Assembly (NCBI GenBank): GCA_965220745.1
Contig: CBDCQT010000013.1
Span: 96,001 to 160,000, forward strand
Reading direction: 5' to 3'
DNA length: 64,000 nucleotides
Source of the DNA: Alphaproteobacteria bacterium
Lineage (GTDB): Bacteria > Pseudomonadota > Alphaproteobacteria > UBA828
The notes beneath the pieces are model-generated. The model saw only the letters and a program-made list of their open reading frames with translations, was not told the DNA's origin and ran no database searches. The translations under genes and the position numbers were made by a program. Shown here one piece after another: positions 39,401 through 49,117 of this stretch (position 1 is the first letter of the stretch; each line of letters opens with the position of its first letter).

Positions 39401-40155
39401 TGCGCGTCCTCGTCACCAACGACGACGGCATCGAGGCGCCCGGCATCAAGGTGCTGGAGCGGATCGCGCGCGGCCTCTCCGACGACGTGTGGGTGGTAGC
39501 GCCCGAGACCCAACAGAGCGCCGCCTCCCATTCGCTCACGCTGCACCGGCCGCTCCGCATCCGCCGCATCTCGAAGCGCCGCCATGCGGTCAACGGCACG
39601 CCCACCGACTGCGTCTTCCTCGCCTTCAACAAGATCATGGCCGACGGCCGGCCCGACCTGGTGCTTTCCGGCGTCAATGACGGCCCCAACGTCGGCGAGG
39701 ACGTGACCTATTCCGGCACCATCGCGGCAGCCATGGAGGCGACACTGTTCGGCGCGCCCGCGGTGGCGCTCAGCCAGGCCTACGGGGATGACCGCAAGCA
39801 CCATTGGGCGACTGCAGAGCAATGGGCCGGGCGTCTCCTGCCCATGCTGATCGAGCGCGGATGGCCCAAGCGTGTCCTCATCAATGTGAATTTCCCTGAC
39901 TTGCCGGCTGCCGAGGTGCGCGGGATCAGGGTGGTGCGTCAGGGCTTGCACGCGCTCGACGACACCCTGGAGGAGCGGATCGACCCCCGGGGCAGGTCCT
40001 ACTATTGGATCGGTGCGCAGTTGCCTGCGGCCGGCAGCGGGCAGCGCGGCACCGACATGGATGCTCTCGACGAGGGCTACGTGTCGGTCACGCCGCTCCA
40101 TATGGACCTCACCCATCGGCGGACCCTGACATGGCTGCGGGAGGTCATCGAATGA
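39400..40155 (+). CDS. surE: 5'/3'-nucleotidase SurE
   Basis: LVTNDDG, GTPTDCV, SGVN, YSGTIAAA. Confidence 0.97.
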   Translation: MRVLVTNDDGIEAPGIKVLERIARGLSDDVWVVAPETQQSAASHSLTLHRPLRIRRISKRRHAVNGTPTDCVFLAFNKIMADGRPDLVLSGVNDGPNVGEDVTYSGTIAAAMEATLFGAPAVALSQAYGDDRKHHWATAEQWAGRLLPMLIERGWPKRVLINVNFPDLPAAEVRGIRVVRQGLHALDDTLEERIDPRGRSYYWIGAQLPAAGSGQRGTDMDALDEGYVSVTPLHMDLTHRRTLTWLREVIE

Positions 40156-41309
40156 TGGGACACCTGCGTGAGACCGGCTCGATCGCGACCGTCGTGGGCG
40201 CCCCACTGATGGTGGCTGTGCTCGTGGGAGTGAGCGCCTGCGGCGAACTTCAGGCCAGCGTTGAAAAGCTGATGAAACAGGAGACCGCCCAAGTCGATCC
40301 GGTTCCGGCGGAGCCGCGTGCCGCTCCGGCACTGGAAGAGACGATGCCGCCGCCTTTCGAGGCGACAGAGCCCCAACCGGCGCCGCCGCCGCGCGAGAAG
40401 CCGGCGCTGCTGCTGACGGTCGGCGCCGGCGACACGGTCAGCGAAATCGCCCACCGCTACGGCGTGGCGACGGTCGCGGTCATCAAGCTGAACGGCCTGA
40501 CCTACCCCTACTGGCTGCGAACGGGCCAGCGGCTCGCGCTTCCTCGCGCGGCTCGTGCCGTCGCCCGTCGCGACGGGCCGCAGGTGGAGGCGCCTCGCTA
40601 TGTCAATGGAGAACCGGTCCTGACGGTCGCCGCGATCGAGGCCGAGCCTGCAGCGCCAGCCCGCGTGGAGCCCAAAGAACCCGTGCGTACGGTGACTGCG
40701 GCGCCCACTCCGAGCATCCATGTGGAGCCTGTGGAGCCCGCGCCGTCGGTCCGGGCGGGGTCTGCGGCACCGGAGCCGCTGGTTCGGGCGGAGACCGCGG
40801 CGCCCAAGCCGCCGCGTTCCCCCAGTCGGCGCATGGCGCGAGCGGAGCCGGAAGCGACGCCGCCCCGACCCACGCTGTACGCGCTGGCGCGGCAGTCCGG
40901 ACCGGACCACGTGCCGCTGCCGCCCACCCGCAACACCTTCCTCTGGCCGCTCGAAGGCCGCGTGATCTCCGGCTTCGGGGCCAAGCCCGGCGGCAAGCAC
41001 AACGACGGGATCAATATCGCCGTGCCCGTCGGCAGCGAGGTGCGCGCCTCGCAGAACGGCGTGGTGGCCTATGCCGGCAACGAGCTCAGAGGATACGGCA
41101 ACCTCGTGCTGATCCGGCATGACGGCGGCTGGATGACCGCCTACGCCCACAACGACTCCCTCCTGGTGGGGAAAGGCGACGTGGTGCGGCGCGGCCAGGT
41201 GATCTCGCGCTCGGGCAGGTCGGGCGGTGTCTCTCGCCCGCAGTCCCATTTCGAGATCCGGCGCGACGGCGAGCCGCAGGACCCGCTGCGCCTGCTCTCC
41301 CGCAAGTAG
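40152..41309 (+). CDS. nlpD: LysM/M23 lipoprotein (NlpD-like)
   Basis: Lipobox VSAC, LysM (VGAGDTVSEIAHRYG), degenerate M23 (HNDGINI, YGNLVLIRH, HFEIR). Follows surE. Confidence 0.8.
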   Translation: MMGHLRETGSIATVVGAPLMVAVLVGVSACGELQASVEKLMKQETAQVDPVPAEPRAAPALEETMPPPFEATEPQPAPPPREKPALLLTVGAGDTVSEIAHRYGVATVAVIKLNGLTYPYWLRTGQRLALPRAARAVARRDGPQVEAPRYVNGEPVLTVAAIEAEPAAPARVEPKEPVRTVTAAPTPSIHVEPVEPAPSVRAGSAAPEPLVRAETAAPKPPRSPSRRMARAEPEATPPRPTLYALARQSGPDHVPLPPTRNTFLWPLEGRVISGFGAKPGGKHNDGINIAVPVGSEVRASQNGVVAYAGNELRGYGNLVLIRHDGGWMTAYAHNDSLLVGKGDVVRRGQVISRSGRSGGVSRPQSHFEIRRDGEPQDPLRLLSRK

Positions 41310-41404
41310 AGGTATGAAGGCGATGGAATGGCTCACCGCTTCCCTCGTCGCGGAGTCCGAGGCCGCGTCGAGGGTCTTTGTGAGAGCGTTGTCGTTCATC
41401 CGAG

Positions 41405-42637
41405 TCAGGGGTGCGGACGGTCCAGATTGAGGGCGCCTCCAAGCAGATATTCGTGGATGGCCATCGCGCAACTCACCGACCTCTCGGAGGAGGGGTTCGC
41501 GAGGATACCGGTGATGACCTCGGCACGACGCGGCGCTATCCCCTCGGCAACGACTTGCCGGGCTGCATCGACGTAGCCGGGCGCTTCCGACAAGGGGCCG
41601 GCAAGCAATATGACCTCGGGCACGACCAGACGGGCGAGCTGAACAACGACGCGACCGAGCTCGCGACCCGCTCTCGCCATCAATGCTCTAACCATCGGAT
41701 CGTCGGTTTGGTCACGCTCCACGGCTTCGCGAAGGGATTGCGCCACAGAGGAGGGCGGCGATCGTGAGGGCGTCATGACTTCGCCATGCAAGCACCGCAG
41801 TATGCCGAGTCCGCCCCCCAGCTGGTCAAGCGTCGAGACGGTACCGTTCTCTCCGGTCACTTCCATTTCGCCGATCCCCCCGCCAGGGAATCCTTCTCGA
41901 TCAACCAGTCGGCCTCCCAAAATTACGACCGCGTCGATCCCCAGCCCGCAGACCAGCGTCAGCACGTTGTTGAAACCGCGTGCCGCACCAAAGAGCGTCT
42001 CTGCCTGCGCGATGGCGGCCGCCATTGATCGGACTCTCACCGGCAGGTCGAGGACGTCTGCAAGCCTCGCGCGCAGCGGAAAACGCCCCCATCCTAGATA
42101 AGGAGAATCCAGTAGGTCTCCTCGTACTGGGTCCACTGCGCCCGCGATCGTAAGAACACCGCCGATCAGGCGCCCTCGATCATCGAGATGCGCCCCGATC
42201 AGGCGTCGACTCTCTCGTGCCACGCGCCGGATGACCAAGTCTGGCTCTTCAACGGAATCGAGCTCGACACTGCTGGCCGCAATGGTCCTGTTCTTGATAT
42301 CGGCCAACGTGACTGTCAGGAAGGTCGGGTCAATGCCGATTCCCAGCACTTGGCCTCCTTGGGGGTCAATATCCAAGCGCATGGTGCGGCGTCCCGGTTT
42401 GACCGGACCATCGCGGAGCTTTTCGGGCAATTCCCGCACCAGGCCTTCATCGATTAGTGGACGTGCGATGCGCGACACTGCCCCTGCGGTCAGGCCGACT
42501 CTATCCGCAATTGCCGTTCTGGATATGGGTCCGAACAGCAGGATTTGCTCGAGAACCGACTGACGGTTCCGGCGGCCCTTTTCGCTGACGCGACCGTCTT
42601 CTTCTCGTCCCCGGATAATCGGGTGGTCGCGAGTCAT
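41405..42637 (-). CDS. ROK family transcriptional regulator
   Basis: N-terminal HTH (ISRTAIADRVGLTAGAVSRI), PGRR, LGIGID, GGIGEM. Confidence 0.85.
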   Translation of the reverse strand: MTRDHPIIRGREEDGRVSEKGRRNRQSVLEQILLFGPISRTAIADRVGLTAGAVSRIARPLIDEGLVRELPEKLRDGPVKPGRRTMRLDIDPQGGQVLGIGIDPTFLTVTLADIKNRTIAASSVELDSVEEPDLVIRRVARESRRLIGAHLDDRGRLIGGVLTIAGAVDPVRGDLLDSPYLGWGRFPLRARLADVLDLPVRVRSMAAAIAQAETLFGAARGFNNVLTLVCGLGIDAVVILGGRLVDREGFPGGGIGEMEVTGENGTVSTLDQLGGGLGILRCLHGEVMTPSRSPPSSVAQSLREAVERDQTDDPMVRALMARAGRELGRVVVQLARLVVPEVILLAGPLSEAPGYVDAARQVVAEGIAPRRAEVITGILANPSSERSVSCAMAIHEYLLGGALNLDRPHP

Positions 42638-42926
42638 GCTTGGCTCATCCGCGGCTCGTGACGGCGCAGGCGCAGCCCATCAGCTTGCACCTCGCTGCGG
42701 CGCGGGTTCGTTCAGGTTTGCCAAAGGCGACAGCGATCTCCCACCGGCCATTAGTGACCCACGAAACTGTGTCGGTTGCGCCGCGCCAGCGGGTGTCGTT
42801 CCCGATGCTCGATCCGCTCCGGCACTCCGCCAACCCCTTGATCCTAGCCGGGATGCGTGCGAGTAGACGGAAGCGCACCGCCTTTGTGAAATACAAAGTT
42901 TTCGGCGAATCGATACCGATTCTGTT

Positions 42927-43400
42927 ATGCTAAAAAATCCCGATGGACCGCTCCCGCGGATGCACGCCCTGCGTGCGTTCGACGCCGCCGCACGACATTC
43001 GAGCTTCAACCGTGCCGCCGAGGAGCTGGGGACCCACCAGCCTTCCGTCAGCCGCTACATCGCGGAGCTGGAGCACGAGATCGGCGTCCGACTGTTCGAA
43101 CGCAGCCACCGCGCCGTAAGCCTCACTCCGGCGGGAGAAGTCTTCCATCGCGCCGTCGCCGTCGGTCTGGCGCGCATCGCCGCGGGTGCGCGTACGGCTT
43201 CGAGCGTCTCGGAGGATCAGCGGGTGGTCGTCGCCTGCGGCCCTGGAACCTCGTACCAGTTTGTGATGCCGCGCTTCCAAGACCTGCACCAGGCGATCGG
43301 TGAGGACGCCTGCCTGCGCGTCCTCACGCTCGACCCCGACATGCTCGACCGCCTGGGCGACGGTGCAGGAGCGCCGGCCGAAGCCGGGCGCGCAGGGTAA
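42927..43400 (+). pseudogene. Truncated LysR family regulator
   Basis: Intact LysR HTH (LRAFDAAARHSSFNRAAEELGTHQPSVS, LFER) but only 157 aa. The effector domain is cut near 43360. Confidence 0.75.
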
Positions 43401-44007
43401 TAGAGTAACGCTCCCTGGCAGCGGAGGCACGGTAAAAGCACAAATTGTTTTCAACAAGACACGTTATATTCACGAAGTCATGTCTAGATTGTGATTTGTG
43501 GATGAAGAGGTTGCTGCTCCGACTCGCTAACGATGCGGAGACAGGGTCGCTTGAAGCGCGCCGCAGGGGGCGGCGAAAACTGCGAACGCGTCGGCGCGAC
43601 CGATAATGGCGCTTGAACCGGGCTCACAAACTGGTTCTTGGAACCGGTCACAGAAGAAGCGATGATTCGCTTGACCCCTTATTCTTCGATTTCTCAGCAT
43701 GGGTGGCGGAGTTTACGGACGAGTGCCTCCGGCGCTGCGCGCCGCGTCGGAAGCTCTCGGGACGCGCCGCACGGCATTTCAACATGGCCCGTAGCCCCCA
43801 CCTCCGGGTGTCTTCAACGCGAAGGTATCCGAACGCTTCAGATCAATGTTGCACGCTCGATAATCCCCGCAGCGCACATGCCTCAACTTGGCGATGTGTG
43901 TGTCGAGATGCTAAACGAGGGACGTGGCTACGCCGTTAAGTGCGAGGACGGTCGCGAGAGTCCACCAGCGAGGTCTCGACAAGGCCTCTTCAACAGGGGA
44001 GGTTCGA

Positions 44008-44706
44008 ATGCCCTCCAACCGGAACGTGTCGCGTGACCTGGCGTTCGCCGACAATCATCTCTATGCGAAGCTGTTCACCGATGTGGAGCTCCTGGAGGTG
44101 GACGGCATCGTCGTCAATTTGTCCCCACAAGCAATCCATGTGGAGGGAGACGTCCGAACGGCCATTCAGCCATGGCGGTCCACAATCATCCGTGGAAACC
44201 GGGTTGTCGAGGCCGAGCGGATTGCGGTCTTGCGCATCACGGACCTAGAGAATCTCGGCGGTGTCATGTTCCGCGGATGGGACTGGTTTGGCGATGTGTT
44301 CGACGGATTTCCCAGACAAACGCCCTTGTACCTGGCGCCAGTCGACAATGTCGGTCGCACAGAAGAGGATCCGTTGGCATTCACGATGGAGCGTGAGAGT
44401 CGCGAGCAGCTCCAGCCCTTCGACATCGTGGTCAAGTGTTGGTGGTCGCCCAATGAAACGGACTGCCTCATACATAACGAGCATTCATTCCTCGAATTGC
44501 ACACCCAGGTGCACGGAACGGGGCGGCTGCAGAAGTTCCGCGAACCGGATGCGTCCACGCTGTACGAGGATGTGATCATGGCGCCGGGCTTCACCCATGA
44601 ACCGTTCTGCACGGTGGCCGGAGAGAACGAGTTTACCTACGCCTGGCACCGCTACTACACGGTTACCGAGAGCATCTGGTTCGTGACTGAGTTGCACCCC
44701 GTATGA
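44008..44706 (+). CDS. Hypothetical protein with a C-terminal cupin resembling the aldos-2-ulose dehydratase cupin domain
   Basis: GGGAGG ribosome-binding site before ATG 44008. CLIHNEH-FLELHTQ...THEPF...YAWHRY His pattern. Confidence 0.55.
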   Translation: MPSNRNVSRDLAFADNHLYAKLFTDVELLEVDGIVVNLSPQAIHVEGDVRTAIQPWRSTIIRGNRVVEAERIAVLRITDLENLGGVMFRGWDWFGDVFDGFPRQTPLYLAPVDNVGRTEEDPLAFTMERESREQLQPFDIVVKCWWSPNETDCLIHNEHSFLELHTQVHGTGRLQKFREPDASTLYEDVIMAPGFTHEPFCTVAGENEFTYAWHRYYTVTESIWFVTELHPV

Positions 44707-44869
44707 ATTGAACGGAGCGGCTGCGCGGAACTGGCGGCTTGCGTCATGTTCATTTCTGCGATGGCGAGGGTGTGGCAAAGAGCCGAATGCGTGAAGGAAG
44801 TGCTTGCGCAGAACGAACAAGCGCTGCGCGAGGAGAGGCGACCCTGTTCGTCTTTGTAAGGCTAAACTA

Positions 44870-44944
44870 TTGTTCGGCGCGCAGATTGGATGCCGATCGG
44901 CGTGGCAACGTGTTGATTTCCTTTGATTCCGAGGGGTCAAACGA
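44870..44944 (+). repeat. 75-bp direct repeat, left copy (att-like)
   Basis: 66/75 identical to 49043-49117 by manual alignment. Contains CAACGTGTTGATT (IHF consensus, reverse orientation) and the hairpin TTTGATTCC-GA-GGGGTCAAA. Confidence 0.9.
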
Positions 44945-45243
44945 TGGTGCCGATAAGGGGTCAATTTTCCACGCCTAACAACAGTTCCTTACCGACAAAG
45001 GATCGCTCACTTCAGCCTCGACGGAGAATGCAGAGTGCAGGGTTGAATTTCCAGGGGGCCGCTCCCCGCGATAAGCACCCGTGAAAGGAATGGGGACGAT
45101 GATGCCACGCCACTTGGCGCTCGCCGGGAGCGGCATGAGCGCGGGATCGCCACCAGCCACCTGCGGGCGCACGCGCCATCGCGAAGAATCCGAGGGCCGG
45201 CGACGGGGACGACACGTCCCATTCGAACCGACTCGCAAGGACG

Positions 45244-47595
45244 TTATTCTTCGCCGGGCGGGGCCATGCGGTAGCCGACGCCGCGAACGTTGAATATCCA
45301 GGTCGGGTTCGCCGCGTCCTCACCGAGCTTGGCGCGGAGCTTCTTGATGAAGTTGCGAATGAGATCCATGTCGCCGGCCTCGCGCCCACCCCAGACCTGG
45401 CGCAGCAGCGCCTCGTAGGTCACGACCCGTCCCGCGTTGAGCGAGAGGACGCGCAGCAACTCGTATTCCGTCGCGGTAAGCGTTACTTCGCGCCCGGCAA
45501 CCGTGACCCGGTGCGACTCGTAGTGGATGGCGAGCGCGCCGAGCGCGAAGGGCTCGGGGCGTGCGACGCGCCGGAGCGCCGCCTCGACCCGGGCGATGAG
45601 CTCGGTGGGCGAGAACGGCTTGACGACGTAGTCGGCGGCGCCCGCCTTCAACGCCCTCGCGACGGTCTCGTCGCGGCCGTAGCCGGAGATGAAGACGACC
45701 GGCAGGTCGGCGAGCTCCGGCACGCTCTCCATCAGCGCAATCCCGTCGGTTCCGGGCAGCATGAGGTCGAGCAGGACAAGGGATGGCTTCTCGGTCCGGA
45801 TGACGTGGGAGAGGTCCGCATGGTCGCCCGTCACGAGGGGGGCGTAGCCCGCTCCACTGAGGATGTCGCGCACGTAGCGAAGTGTCTTCGGGTCGTCGTC
45901 CACCACCAGGATGCGGGTGGGCTCGCGCGGATCGGACGCCGGATCGGCGGAGCGGCGGCCGGAACGGGGGGCTTCGCCTTCACGGGCGTCTTCGACCGCC
46001 GGCAGGGTAAAGGTGAAGCGGCTGCCCTGGCCGGCGCCGCCGCTCTCGGCGCGGATGCGGCCCCCGTGCGCTTCCACCAGCCCCTTGCAGATGACGAGCC
46101 CGAGGCCGGTTCCTGCGATCGCCCGCTCGCCGCCGGCGCCGGCGTACTTGCGAAACAGATGCGGCAGCTGCTCGGGCGCGATGCCCCTGCCTTCGTCCGA
46201 GACCGAAATCGAGACGTGGACGCCGTCGCGCTTGGCCGAGATCTGGATGGGGGAGGAGGCGGGCGAGTGGCTCGCGGCGTTGGCGATCAGGTTGTTCAGA
46301 ACCTGCGCGATGCGCCGGCGGTCGGCCATCACAGGCGGCAGGTCGGGCGACATGTCGATGAGCACGGAGTGCCGGCCGCCGCCGGAAAGGAAGGTATTCC
46401 GCGCACGGTCCACAAGCGCGGCCACCGCCGAGGGTTCCGGCGAGACCGAGAGCGTGCCCGCTTCGATGCGCCCGGCATCGAGCAGGGCGCCGATGAGGCC
46501 GCGCATGTGCCCGGCCTGCTCGTGGATGATGCGATGGAACTCGTGCATCTCGGCCGGATCGAGGTCCGCCGACTCTTCCAGAAGCGTGGCGGCCGAGCCC
46601 AAAATGGAAGTCAGCGGGGCGCGCAGCTCGTGGCTCACCAAGCCGAGGAACTCTGCGCGCAGCCGCTCCAGCTCCTCGAGCGGCGCCAGGTCCTGAAGGG
46701 TCACCACGACCGAGCCGATCCCGCCACCTTCGGCAGGGATGGGCGTGGCGTTGATCAGCGTGCGCACGCTGCGCCCGTCGGGCACCGAGAGCACGACCTC
46801 CTCGGCGCGCAGCGTCTCGCCGGTGCCGAGCTGCTGCGCGATGGGGAACTCGCTCAGGGACACCTCACGGCCGTCGGCCCGGCGGAAGGAGACCACCTCG
46901 AGCAGTTCCTCCGCCGGGCGGCCCGCGGTGCGCAGGCCCTCGACGATGCGCCGCGCCTCGCGGTTGAACGACACCGGCCGGCCGTTCCGGGCATCGAACA
47001 CTACCACGCCGACCGGCGAGGTCTCGATGAGGGCCTCAAGATCAGCCCGTGCCTGGCGCTCGTCGCGATGCGCGCGCGCGTTGGCGATCGCCGTCGCCGC
47101 TTGGCTTGCGAACAGGAGCAGGATCTCCTCGTCCTCGTCGGTGAACGCGGGCGCGCCTTCCTTCTCGCCGAGGAAGAAGTTGCCGACATGGACGCCCCGG
47201 TGGCGCATCGGCGTGCCCTGGAAGGTCTTGGAGCGCATCAGGGCCGGGGAGAAGCCAAGGGAGCGGACCAGGGCGGGGAGGTCGGTGAGCCGGATCGGGC
47301 CGGGCAGGTCGCGGAAATGCGCGAACAGCTTCGGTCCGTCCGGCCAGTCGACGAACTGGCGCTGCTCGTCGGGGGTGAAGCCCGAGGTGACGAACTCGCG
47401 CACCTCGCCCGCCTCGTCGATGGTGGTGATGATGCCGTAGCGCGCGGCGGTCAGCGCGCGGGCGCTGTCGGCCGCCTCCTGCAGCACGGTGGTGACGTCG
47501 AGGCTCGCGCTGATGCGCAGCACCGCCGCGCTAAGCGCCGAGATCCGCTCGCGCAGCGCCTCGACTTCCTGCCGCGGTTCGCTGGTCTCGTTCAC
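45244..47595 (-). CDS. Hybrid cytoplasmic sensor kinase/response regulator: GAF-PAS-HisKA-HATPase-REC-OmpR-type wHTH
   Basis: H-box SHELRAPLTSI, N-box QVLNNLIANA, DEGRGI, GTGLGL, REC ILVVDDD/LLDLMLPG/KPF, C-terminal LTATEYELL...VRGVGYR. Start placed at GTG 47595 after AAGGAGGAGG. Confidence 0.92.
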   Translation of the reverse strand: MNETSEPRQEVEALRERISALSAAVLRISASLDVTTVLQEAADSARALTAARYGIITTIDEAGEVREFVTSGFTPDEQRQFVDWPDGPKLFAHFRDLPGPIRLTDLPALVRSLGFSPALMRSKTFQGTPMRHRGVHVGNFFLGEKEGAPAFTDEDEEILLLFASQAATAIANARAHRDERQARADLEALIETSPVGVVVFDARNGRPVSFNREARRIVEGLRTAGRPAEELLEVVSFRRADGREVSLSEFPIAQQLGTGETLRAEEVVLSVPDGRSVRTLINATPIPAEGGGIGSVVVTLQDLAPLEELERLRAEFLGLVSHELRAPLTSILGSAATLLEESADLDPAEMHEFHRIIHEQAGHMRGLIGALLDAGRIEAGTLSVSPEPSAVAALVDRARNTFLSGGGRHSVLIDMSPDLPPVMADRRRIAQVLNNLIANAASHSPASSPIQISAKRDGVHVSISVSDEGRGIAPEQLPHLFRKYAGAGGERAIAGTGLGLVICKGLVEAHGGRIRAESGGAGQGSRFTFTLPAVEDAREGEAPRSGRRSADPASDPREPTRILVVDDDPKTLRYVRDILSGAGYAPLVTGDHADLSHVIRTEKPSLVLLDLMLPGTDGIALMESVPELADLPVVFISGYGRDETVARALKAGAADYVVKPFSPTELIARVEAALRRVARPEPFALGALAIHYESHRVTVAGREVTLTATEYELLRVLSLNAGRVVTYEALLRQVWGGREAGDMDLIRNFIKKLRAKLGEDAANPTWIFNVRGVGYRMAPPGEE

Positions 47596-48670
47596 GACCT
47601 CCTCCTTCGCTGACCCGGTCCGCACTCCAGTTCCCGCAGCCTACGGTCGTCCGCTGCGGCGCACGGGACGCACGCTCGGCGAGGCTTCGACTGTGCTGGC
47701 GGCACAGATGCACCCGGGCCAACGTACTCCAACATTTACGGAAAAAACACCAACATGACCGAGTTTGGCACACACAATTTACAAATAGTTCGGTAAGAAT
47801 TGCCCTCCAGGGCACTCGTTCGCGCGTGTCGCGCGCGCAGCAGCAGGAATGGCAGGACGCTCTCCATATGTCGGTTCTTGATGACTCTGGTTCGGCAGAT
47901 GCCAGACAAGCGGCTTCATGAGGCACGAAGAGCAAGATGACACCACGCGGCCGGAACGGAGCGGGCAACCGATGGTGACGGCGTCGTGCCGAGCGTCGAT
48001 CCTGGTGTGGTCCTGCCGAAGGTGGTGGGTTGGTGACCAACACGAGTCGTCGAACGATGCGGATACGCGAACTCGTCGCCATCCTCGCGGGTGTTGTAGT
48101 CGCAGGCGTCGCGTGAAACCAGCGCCGGGCCATGCTTGGTCGCGACAGAAACCTGGGCTCGATCAGCGAGCGCCTTGCCCTCATCAAAGGCCTGCTCCGG
48201 GGAAGCCGGGCCCTTCCGGAAGAAGAGGCATCGGCATCACGGAAAGGGCGGGAGCCTTTGGAGCATCAGCTCGATCCCTGTCTCGGCTTCCGTCCCTTGG
48301 GGCCGTCCGCCTTGTTCCTGCGGTCGCGGCGGGAACGTCCTTACTGGCGGACGGCTCCATCTCCAGGTTCGGTCCCCAATATTGGTTCGGGACCACTCGG
48401 CCGCCTGCCCCATCCTCGTGACGCCTTGTTGTGCTGCCGTGGGCGGGCGGCCGCTTTTTTGGTGTCCACCAGCATGAGGGGCCGTTCTGCCTGCGGTCTG
48501 GCGGTAGCAGACGCCCCCTCCCTCGCGGTCTACGGCGGAGGCAGCGACCCGGATTCGCAGCCGGCCCTCAGCCTCGGCACCTCCGAAATCGTACTTGGCG
48601 ACGCCGAGGACGGCAGGCGTTGCGTACGGGAGGTGAGGTACGGCGGGCTTCAGCGGTGGAGGTCACGGCA

Positions 48671-49009
48671 ATGGAGTTGAGCGCAGATCGGGAGGACGGC
48701 ATCCTGTCCGTGCGCGTGCAGGGGCGAATAGACGGCGCCAACGTCCGGCAGTTCATGGAGACTGTCCGATGCGCCACCGAAGACGGCGACCGCGCGGTGA
48801 TCATGGATTTCGAGCGGCTGGTCTACATCAGCAGCTCCGGACTTCGGGCCGTGCTCATGACCGCGAAGAGCCTCCGGAGCCGGGACGTCGGGTTCGCGCT
48901 GTGCTCCCTTTCCGACGTCGTCCGTGCTGCGTTTGGGACCAGCGGCTTCGACAGGATCATCGCGATCCATCCGACCAAGGCCGACGCGCTGGCGGCGCTC
49001 GATTGCTGA
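48671..49009 (+). CDS. STAS domain anti-sigma factor antagonist
   Basis: GRIDG, LVYISSSGLR phosphoacceptor motif, SGFDRII. GGAGG ribosome-binding site, 112 aa. Confidence 0.9.
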   Translation: MELSADREDGILSVRVQGRIDGANVRQFMETVRCATEDGDRAVIMDFERLVYISSSGLRAVLMTAKSLRSRDVGFALCSLSDVVRAAFGTSGFDRIIAIHPTKADALAALDC

Positions 49010-49042
49010 CGCGGTCGTTTTGTACCTTGGAGACCCTACCTG

Positions 49043-49117
49043 TTGTTCGGTGCGTAGGTTGGATGCAAATCGGCGTGGCAACATGTTGATTCCCTTTGAT
49101 TCCGAGGAATCAAACGA
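49043..49117 (+). repeat. 75-bp direct repeat, right copy (att-like)
   Basis: Contains CAACATGTTGATT (IHF consensus) and a perfect inverted repeat TTTGATTCC-GA-GGAATCAAA (49095-49114). Offset 4173 bp from the left copy. Confidence 0.9.

Noticed and set aside
43500-44000. Possible riboswitch or short ORFs upstream of the cupin gene
   Set aside because: No recognisable aptamer consensus, and the ORFs lack motifs and host-like codon usage.
44945-44965. TGGTGCCGATAAGGGG as a displaced tRNA 3' end
   Set aside because: It is too short and does not match this window's tRNA-Met end (TGGTAGCGGGGGAGGG).
47767-47785. Possible sigma54 promoter TGGCAC...
   Set aside because: There is no TTGC at the -12 position with the required spacing.
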